Part shown: one piece after another, positions 11,495 to 17,575 of the stretch | How positions within the stretch are numbered: the stretch's first letter is position 1 | How the letters are laid out: each line of letters opens with the position of its first letter | DNA from: Deltaproteobacteria bacterium | GTDB taxonomy: Bacteria; Myxococcota_A; Polyangia; Polyangiales; Houyiibacteriaceae | Length of the DNA: 17,575 nucleotides | Assembly: GCA_034670305.1 (NCBI GenBank) | Contig: JAXMNT010000087.1 | Coordinates: 1 to 17,575, forward strand | Direction of reading: 5' to 3' | Position numbers and translations under genes: made by a program | Notes under the pieces: generated by a model | Database searches by the model: none | The model's input: only the letters and a program-made list of their open reading frames with translations | Told to the model about the DNA's origin: nothing

Positions 11495-11659
11495 GCCGCG
11501 AGCCGCACCGGTTTGGCTGATCGCCCGCGCCCTGCATCGCAGGGTCGCGGGCGTTCACGCGTTCTTGCCGACCGACGGGCCTCGTTTCGAGCTGGCGGCC
11601 CTAGGACACGCGCAATCTCTTGGCGGCTGCGGGAGCCGCTGTGAGGCGAAACGTCGAGG

Positions 11660-13363
11660 CTAGCGGCTGTCGGCGGCGGTGACGCGGACGACCTCTTCCA
11701 TCGTCGTCACGCCTTCGGTGACCTTGGTCAGGCCGCTCATGCGGAGGGTCTTCACGTTCTCTCGGATCATCTCGTCTTTGAGTTCCGCCGTCATGCAGCC
11801 CTGAAGGACCATCTCTTTGAGGCGGTCGGTGAACGGCATGACTTCGTAGAGCGCGATGCGGCCCTTGTAGCCGCTGTCGTTGCAGGTCCGGCAGCCGGTG
11901 CCCTTGAACACCCGCACCTTGTCCAGGTTCTCCGCTTTGAACCCGACGTCGATGAGCGCCTGCTGTTCCGGCTGGACCTCGACCCGGCAGTCTTCGCAAA
12001 TCTTTCGCGCGAGGCGCTGGGCGACGACGAGGTTCACGCTGGCGGTGACCAGGAACGGCTCCACGCCCATGTTGAGCAAGCGCGTGACGGTCGAAGGCGC
12101 GTCGTTGGTGTGCAGGGTCGAGAGCACGAGGTGGCCGGTGAGCGCGGCCTTGACCGCGATCTCGGCCGTCTCGAAGTCGCGAATCTCGCCGACCATGATG
12201 ATGTCCGGGTCCTGACGCAAGAACGAGCGCAGCGCGGCGGAGAAGTTCAGCCCGATGTCCTCGTGCATCTGAACCTGGTTGATGCCCGTGAGGTTGAACT
12301 CGACCGGGTTCTCGGCGGTGGAGATGTTGGTCTCGGAGTCGTTGAGCTCCGAGAGCGCCGAGTAGAGCGTCGTCGTCTTGCCCGAACCCGTTGGTCCGGT
12401 GACGAGCACCATGCCGTAGGGCTGGTGGATGTTGAACTGGAAGTCGTCGAGCGCCTTCTGTTCGAACCCGAGCCGGGTCATGTCCAGCTGCAGGTTCGAC
12501 TTGTCGAGAAGCCGGAGGACCATCTTCTCGCCCCACAGCGTGGGCAGGGCGGAGACTCGAAAGTCCATCTCTCGGCCTTTGCCGAGCTTGAGTTTGATGC
12601 GGCCATCCTGGGGCAACCGGCGCTCGGCGATGTCGAGCTGCGACATGATCTTCAAGCGAGACGCGAGCGCGTTCTTCAGCTTGTGCGGCGGGGCCATCTC
12701 CTCGTGGAGCACGCCGTCGATCCGGTACCGGACCCGAAGCGTCTTCTCGTAGGGTTCGACGTGGATGTCGCTCGCGCCCTTCTTGATGGCGTTGAGCAGG
12801 ATCGCGTTGCACAGCCGGATGACCGGCGCGCCTTCGGACGCCCGCTCGAGGTCGAGGAGGTTCATCTCGTCCTCTTCGCTCGCGACCTCGATCTCGTCCT
12901 CGTCGAAGCCCTCCATGATCTCGTCGTACGAGATCTCCGGTGCGGCGTAGTACGTCTCGACGGCGGCTACGATGGCGGCTTCGGAGGCCACGACGGGCTC
13001 GACGTTGTAGCCGGTGAGGAACTTGATGTCGTCGATGGCGTGGAGGTTGCTCGGGTCCGCCATGGCGACGATGAGCGAAGAGCCTGCGCGGGAGACCGGG
13101 ATGATCTTGTGGCGCTGACACACCTCTTGGGTGATCAGCTTCAGGACCTCTTGGTCGATCTCGTACTCGCTCAGGTCGATCGCCTGGACGCGGTACTGCT
13201 GACTGAGGAAGTCGGTGATCTCCTGGTCGGAGATGTAGCCCATCTTCGCGAGCGCATACCCCAGGCTCACGCCGTCTTTGCGCTGGGTGTCTTGGGCGGC
13301 TTTCAGCTGTTCGAGGCTGATTCGCTTGGAGCGAACGAGCAGCTCACCGAGTCGGTTCGACAT
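11660..13363 (-). CDS. pilB: Type IV-A pilus assembly ATPase PilB (567 aa)
   Basis: MSNRLGELLV MshEN-type N-terminus, ASDIHVEPYE, LDIAERRLPQDGR, Walker A GPTGSGKT, LRQDPDIIMVGEIRD, TGHLVLSTLHTND, Zn tetracysteine CEDC...CRTC, GYKGR. GGAG RBS upstream of ATG 13363. Confidence 0.95.
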   Translation of the reverse strand: MSNRLGELLVRSKRISLEQLKAAQDTQRKDGVSLGYALAKMGYISDQEITDFLSQQYRVQAIDLSEYEIDQEVLKLITQEVCQRHKIIPVSRAGSSLIVAMADPSNLHAIDDIKFLTGYNVEPVVASEAAIVAAVETYYAAPEISYDEIMEGFDEDEIEVASEEDEMNLLDLERASEGAPVIRLCNAILLNAIKKGASDIHVEPYEKTLRVRYRIDGVLHEEMAPPHKLKNALASRLKIMSQLDIAERRLPQDGRIKLKLGKGREMDFRVSALPTLWGEKMVLRLLDKSNLQLDMTRLGFEQKALDDFQFNIHQPYGMVLVTGPTGSGKTTTLYSALSELNDSETNISTAENPVEFNLTGINQVQMHEDIGLNFSAALRSFLRQDPDIIMVGEIRDFETAEIAVKAALTGHLVLSTLHTNDAPSTVTRLLNMGVEPFLVTASVNLVVAQRLARKICEDCRVEVQPEQQALIDVGFKAENLDKVRVFKGTGCRTCNDSGYKGRIALYEVMPFTDRLKEMVLQGCMTAELKDEMIRENVKTLRMSGLTKVTEGVTTMEEVVRVTAADSR

Positions 13364-13456
13364 GCATCTCCATGGGGGGTGGGGGCAGAGGGGTGGGGCG
13401 GGACCGGGCCCAGTGTAGGACCTCGCGGGTGTTTGAGGCCAGATCGTTCTCCCTCC

Positions 13457-13482
13457 GGGGCACAGCCCCCAAACCCCCGTCC
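13457..13482 (+). repeat. REP-like dispersed element, copy 1 (GGGGCACAGCCCCCAAACCCCCGTCC)
   Basis: Near-identical to 16055-16079; contains a GGGGC-aca-GCCCC mini-hairpin. Confidence 0.6.
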
Positions 13483-13617
13483 TGGGGAGGCCGCCTCGCT
13501 CCACCGCGCCGGTCGCCCCGTCGCACAAAGACGGCCCAAAACGTTGTGCTCTACCCTCCGCACCCCCGCCCCGGATGTGGCAGTCTCCCATCCGGGTTCC
13601 ACCCGCCGGACGCCACC

Positions 13618-14775
13618 ATGAGCTTCATGCGCAGACTCTTCAGCAGCGCCTACCGCCAAGCCCGCCGGGCCGAAGCGAAGGGGCTGTACCGGGAAGCAGC
13701 CGCGATCTACGCGGAGAACGACCTCCCCGAAGAAGCGGCGAACGCGCTCTTGGTCCACGCGGCGCGCGCCTCGGAGCTCGAGGAGCAGCTGGCGGCGTTG
13801 CGCGACGCGCTGCGCTGGTTGCCGGAAGGCCACGACCGCCGAATCGAGGTGGAAGGGCGGATCGGCACCTCGATCCTCGAAGAGGCACAACGCCGGGGCG
13901 TGCACACTGCCGAAGAAAAGCGCCGGCTCGAAGAAGCCGCCCAGCGGCTCGAGACCGCGGAGCTGCACTCGAAGGCAGCGACGGCGTACGAGATGCTCGA
14001 TCGCACCGACGATGTGGCCCGCTGCCTTCAGCTCGCGGGCGACGTAGAGCGCCTCGAGGCGCTGCTCGAAGAGACCAGCGGGGAGGCCCGCAAGGAGCGG
14101 GCGCTTCGGCGCTTCCTCTCCGACTACGAGATGGCGATGGCGGTGGGCCATCGGCTCGAAGCGCGGAAGGCGCTCGAACAGGCGCTGGAGGTCTCTCCCG
14201 AAGAACGCACGGTCGCGGATCTGCTGCGCCGTCTCGAGGCGCGGTTCATCCCCGGCCGGCGGCTGACGCTTCGGTTCGATGGCCGCGAGGTCTCGTTCGT
14301 CGGTCGCACGTCGCTGGTGCTGGGGCGAGACGCCGATGTGGTGGTGCGCGGCGCGAGCGTGTCCCGTCGCCACACCGAGATTCTGCGGGTCGGATCCAAG
14401 ATCGTCGTGCGTGACCTCGAGAGCCGAAACGGGACCCTGGTGCGCGGCGTCCCGATCGCGGGCGAGCTCGAAGTGGACGGCGTGGTGGACGTAGGCCTCG
14501 GCGACGACGTCACGGTGCGGGTCACCCCGATCGACGGCGGGCTCCGGCTTCGGGTGCTGGAAGGGCTGGACCGCGACCGCGTCGCGCTGGCTGGCGAAGG
14601 CGCGCTTCGGATCGATGGTCTGAGCGCGACCATCGCCTTCGAGAAAGGCCATCCGACCCTCACCCCGGACGAAGGCAGCCGCACCCGGCTCGATCGACAG
14701 AACGTGGCGGCGCGCATCGTTCTGCTGCTCGGCGACGCGATCGAGGTCGACGGGGTGGCGGTCGAGGTCCTCTGA
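13618..14775 (+). CDS. FHA-domain protein with N-terminal helical (TPR/SNAP-like) repeats (385 aa)
   Basis: FHA motifs LVLGRD, SVSRRH and DLESRNGT; all-alpha N-terminal half; ATG at 13618; stop overlaps the kinase start (TGATG). Confidence 0.88.
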   Translation: MSFMRRLFSSAYRQARRAEAKGLYREAAAIYAENDLPEEAANALLVHAARASELEEQLAALRDALRWLPEGHDRRIEVEGRIGTSILEEAQRRGVHTAEEKRRLEEAAQRLETAELHSKAATAYEMLDRTDDVARCLQLAGDVERLEALLEETSGEARKERALRRFLSDYEMAMAVGHRLEARKALEQALEVSPEERTVADLLRRLEARFIPGRRLTLRFDGREVSFVGRTSLVLGRDADVVVRGASVSRRHTEILRVGSKIVVRDLESRNGTLVRGVPIAGELEVDGVVDVGLGDDVTVRVTPIDGGLRLRVLEGLDRDRVALAGEGALRIDGLSATIAFEKGHPTLTPDEGSRTRLDRQNVAARIVLLLGDAIEVDGVAVEVL

Positions 14776-16049
14776 TGTGGAAGCGCATCAAAGGCTTCTT
14801 CGGTGGCAAAGAGGAGGACGAGACGCCGGTCGAGGTGGTCGACGAGAAGCCGAAACCCCCGGTTCCCCCCGCGGTGGAATCGGACGTTCCAAAGACGATC
14901 CCCGAGCAGCTGGAAGCGCTCGCGACCGGCACCCGGCCGCCCGACGCCAGCCACGCGGCGCAGCTCTTCGACACGTTGGTCCGGGACGGTCGGGCGGCGC
15001 GCGCACTCGACCTGGCGCGCAAGGTGCTCGCCCGGTTTCCGCACCTGACCCCGCTCGCGCTGCGGGTGGCGGAGGTGCACTCCTCGCGGGGCGACGACGA
15101 CGCGGCCTGGAAAGCGCTCGAGCCGATGGTGACGGAGCCGGACGCGCCCCTCTCGGCGATGGTCCTCGCGGCCGAGATCGCGGAGCGGCGCGGACGGGTG
15201 CAGGAAGCCCTCGCGCTCTACGAACGCGTGCTCGGCCGCGATCTCGACTTTCCGCAGGCCCGCGAACGGGTGGAGCGGCTGCGCGATTCGGGTCCGACCC
15301 AAGACCTCGCCGGCGCGACCTTGGCCGGGGACGGTGCGCTGGCGCGCGGTCGCTACCGGGTCGAACGGGAGCTCGGCCGTGGTGGTGCCGGCACCGTCTT
15401 CGCGGCGCAGGATCTCCGGACCGCGCGCCGCGTCGCGCTCAAGGTCTACCACCGTCGCGGGCGCGGCGAACTCGAGCGGCTTCGGATCGAAGCGCGCACC
15501 CCGGCGGCGATCGAACACCCCGGTGTGGTGCGGGTGTTCGACTTGGATCCAGCGCTCGGATCCATCGCGATGGAGTGGGTCCAGGGCGGGTCGGTGCGGG
15601 CCGAACTCTCCCGGGGCAAGATCTCCAAAGCCCGCATCCATCGGTGGGTGATGACGATGCTGGAGGCGATGGAGTTCGTGCACCGCTCCGGCTGGGTGCA
15701 CCGGGATCTCAAACCGTCGAACTTCCTGCTGCGGAGCGACGACCGGGTGGTGCTCACCGACTTCGGACTGGCGACCCCGACCGGCGAGGTGCCGCTCGCC
15801 AAAGGCGGGGTGGGCGAAGGCACGCTCCAGTACATGCCGCCCGAGCAGCGCGCCAACGACCCCGCGCAGCCCAGCGCCGACGTGTACGCGTTCGGCAAGA
15901 GCTTCGATGAACTGATGCGCGCCGCCTCGGATCTCGACCCCGAGACCAAGGACGCCTGGACCGAGTGGACCCAGCAGTGTCTGCACCCCGACCCGCAGCG
16001 CCGCCCCGACGTACCCACCCTCCGGGCCGGCCTGACGCCCCCAGAATAA
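14775..16049 (+). CDS. Hanks-type Ser/Thr protein kinase with N-terminal TPR-like region
   Basis: LGRGGAGTVF, VALK, alphaC Glu (RIEAR), HRDLKPSN, DFG, GTLQYMPPE, ADVYAFG, PQRRP. No TM segment. Confidence 0.94.
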   Translation: MWKRIKGFFGGKEEDETPVEVVDEKPKPPVPPAVESDVPKTIPEQLEALATGTRPPDASHAAQLFDTLVRDGRAARALDLARKVLARFPHLTPLALRVAEVHSSRGDDDAAWKALEPMVTEPDAPLSAMVLAAEIAERRGRVQEALALYERVLGRDLDFPQARERVERLRDSGPTQDLAGATLAGDGALARGRYRVERELGRGGAGTVFAAQDLRTARRVALKVYHRRGRGELERLRIEARTPAAIEHPGVVRVFDLDPALGSIAMEWVQGGSVRAELSRGKISKARIHRWVMTMLEAMEFVHRSGWVHRDLKPSNFLLRSDDRVVLTDFGLATPTGEVPLAKGGVGEGTLQYMPPEQRANDPAQPSADVYAFGKSFDELMRAASDLDPETKDAWTEWTQQCLHPDPQRRPDVPTLRAGLTPPE

Positions 16050-16054
16050 TCTTG

Positions 16055-16079
16055 GGGGCACGGCCCCCAAACCCCGTCC
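16055..16079 (+). repeat. REP-like dispersed element, copy 2 (GGGGCACGGCCCCCAAACCCCGTCC)
   Basis: Lies 5 nt after the kinase stop; matches 13457-13482 with one substitution and one deletion. Confidence 0.6.
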
Positions 16080-16193
16080 CGGTGACACGGCTTGCTCGCT
16101 TCGCTCGGCTTCGCGTCGAACAATTTCGAATAATTCGTTCCAGACCTCGACACGGGATTGACGGATCTGAACCTTGGCGCCACTGGGCTGGTC

Positions 16194-17336
16194 ATGAGTA
16201 CTCGAACATGGGCGCGTGTGGGTAAGTGCGCGGTCTTGGCCGTCTTGATGGCCGGCTGCGGAGACGACGATGCCGCTGTGGATGGAGGGGCCGATGCGGG
16301 TTCCGACGCCACGGTCGCGGATGGCGGGGTGGACTCCGGGTCCACCGCCGACACCGGAAACGGCGACGTCGGAATGGACGGTGGCGACGGGTGCATCCAG
16401 GTCGCGACCAGTGGTTGGACGCTGGCGAACTACGACGACGTGTCGGTCTCGTTCAGCGGCGTGATGGATCCGGCGGTCGAGGGCAGCACCCCGCTGATGC
16501 TTCTCTTCGAACGCTACATGCCGGGCCCCGACGTCGGGACCTTCCCGCTCGGCGGCTCCGGTCCGGACGGCAACTTCGGCACCTGCGCGCACTGCGTCGC
16601 CGTCCACCCCGAAGCGACGCGCGGCTTCTTCGCCGACCGCGGCACCCTCGTGAACAACGAAGACCCGTACGGGCGCAGCCTGGACTCGACCCTCACCAAC
16701 GTGCGGCTCGTCGAGGTCTCCATCGACCCGGAGACGCGCAGCTCGACGCCGATCGACGGCGGCCGCTGCCTCGAGATCGAAGACGTCGTGATCACCGGCC
16801 GCTTCCCGCCAGACGGCTGGGCGTGCGACGCCGACCTCTACAACGATGGCGAAGGCTGCCACTGCGAATGCGGCGCCTACGACCCCGACTGCGACCGCCA
16901 CGGCTGCCCGCCCTTCGATCCCGAGTGCGTGCCCGAGGACGACCTGCCCGTGGTGGACTGCCGCGCCGAAGACGTGTGCGCGTTCGACCCCGAAGCCGAC
17001 AGCACCCGGTGCTACGCGGTGTGCGATTGGAGCACGCGCACCAGCTGCGACATCGGCACCTGCGTCTTCCCCACGAGCTTCGAAGACGGCAGCACCTGCC
17101 ACACCTCCGACGCCCGCCTCGACACCGCCCGGGTCGGCGAAGACTGCGGCCCCGGCCCGTACCAGAAGTACTGCGAACTCCAAGACGGCTTCGCCCTCGG
17201 CTACTGCGACCCCGCGAACGTCTGCCGCGCGACCTGCATCGACGACGGCGAGTGCACGGAAGTTGGCCACACCTGCCGCCGCTTCGGCTCCGAAGACGGC
17301 CTCGGCTACTGCGGCCCCGAACCCGTCGACGGGTAG
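16194..17336 (+). CDS. Cys/Asp-rich lipoprotein of myxobacterial type (380 aa)
   Basis: Lipobox AVLAVLMAG-C, an Asp/Gly/Ala linker (DAAVDGGADAGSD), and many Cys motifs (WACDADLYNDGEGCHCECGAYDPDC, CIDDGEC...C...C). Confidence 0.85.
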   Translation: MSTRTWARVGKCAVLAVLMAGCGDDDAAVDGGADAGSDATVADGGVDSGSTADTGNGDVGMDGGDGCIQVATSGWTLANYDDVSVSFSGVMDPAVEGSTPLMLLFERYMPGPDVGTFPLGGSGPDGNFGTCAHCVAVHPEATRGFFADRGTLVNNEDPYGRSLDSTLTNVRLVEVSIDPETRSSTPIDGGRCLEIEDVVITGRFPPDGWACDADLYNDGEGCHCECGAYDPDCDRHGCPPFDPECVPEDDLPVVDCRAEDVCAFDPEADSTRCYAVCDWSTRTSCDIGTCVFPTSFEDGSTCHTSDARLDTARVGEDCGPGPYQKYCELQDGFALGYCDPANVCRATCIDDGECTEVGHTCRRFGSEDGLGYCGPEPVDG

Positions 17337-17357
17337 CGCTCCGCAGGAGCCGCAGAT

Positions 17358-17453
17358 CAGACGCAGCGTCCGCACCAGACGCAGCGTCCGCACCGGACAC
17401 AGCGTCAGACACAGCGTCAGACACAGCGTCAGACACAGCGTCAGCGTCAGCAC
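17358..17453. repeat. Period-6 array of 16 units with higher-order 18-mer and 12-mer structure (CAGACG-CAGCGT-CCGCAC; CAGACA-CAGCGT)
   Basis: Read directly; intergenic, after the lipoprotein stop. Confidence 0.9.
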
Positions 17454-17455
17454 TA

Positions 17456-17498
17456 GCAGGTTGCTGAAGAACGCCCGCAGGGCGTTCTCGCAGCCTGC
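17456..17498. other. Long imperfect palindrome (bidirectional terminator, REP or MITE-like)
   Basis: GCAGGTTGC-tga-AGAACGCCC-gca-GGGCGTTCT-c-GCAGCCTGC, between convergent genes. Confidence 0.65.
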
Positions 17499-17501
17499 CC
17501 C

Positions 17502-17531
17502 TTGCCCCTGCCCTTGCCTTTGCCCTTGCCC
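17502..17531. repeat. Short (TTGCCC)x5 array
   Basis: ttgccc ctgccc ttgcct ttgccc ttgccc; same unit family as 5410-5523. Confidence 0.8.
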
Positions 17532-17536
17532 GCGGA

Positions 17537-17575
17537 TCAGCGGTCAGATCGCTTGATCAGCGCGACGAGCATCGC
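17537..17575 (-). CDS. 3' end of a gene entering from the right (...AMLVALIKRSDR*), possibly a four-helix-bundle protein
   Basis: 12 sense codons plus TGA at 17537-17539. The amphipathic AMLxxLI pattern recalls four-helix-bundle (bAvd/23S-IVP-like) C-termini, but the fragment is too short to be sure. Confidence 0.35.
   Translation of the reverse strand, partial: AMLVALIKRSDR

Noticed and set aside
13364-13617. Extended N-termini of pilB (to 13591) and of the FHA gene (from 13372)
   Set aside because: They would overlap each other head-to-head. PilB homology and an RBS start at 13363, and the FHA protein plausibly starts at 13618.
14124-17453. 1109-aa minus-strand ORF, and other long ORFs such as 1351..3501, 5009..7480 (5' part), 12110..13621 and 13303..14652
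   Set aside because: Antisense or alternate-frame shadows of well-supported genes, expected in high-GC DNA; no recognisable motifs.

Overview
GC-rich bacterial DNA (roughly 70% by eye), probably Myxococcota. That placement is an inference from the PilB style, the Hanks kinase/FHA pair and the Cys-rich lipoprotein. Left to right, the window holds: a (GGTTCT)n microsatellite, a membrane protein (+), and a hexamer array. A minus-strand run follows, with a lipoprotein nucleoside hydrolase, TPR protein, membrane protein, a highly divergent RtcB-fold protein and a membrane-anchored hypothetical. Next come a miniature CoA-transferase beta-like ORF (+), mscL (-) with a hairpin-rich upstream region, and a translationally coupled pyrC-like/carA/lipoprotein operon (-). 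The right part has an 86-aa hypothetical (+), a stand-alone pilB (-) divergent from an FHA protein/Ser-Thr kinase pair (+), a Cys-rich lipoprotein (+), a further hexamer array with a palindrome, and the last 12 residues of a convergent gene. The most notable signals are the RtcB-like protein with conserved metal and guanylylation histidines but remodelled substrate motifs, three candidate pseudoenzymes or variants (PyrC', mini-ScoB, PilB Asp-box D>N), an exported nucleoside hydrolase, and composite intergenic hexamer arrays. No rRNA, tRNA, CRISPR array or transposase was recognised.
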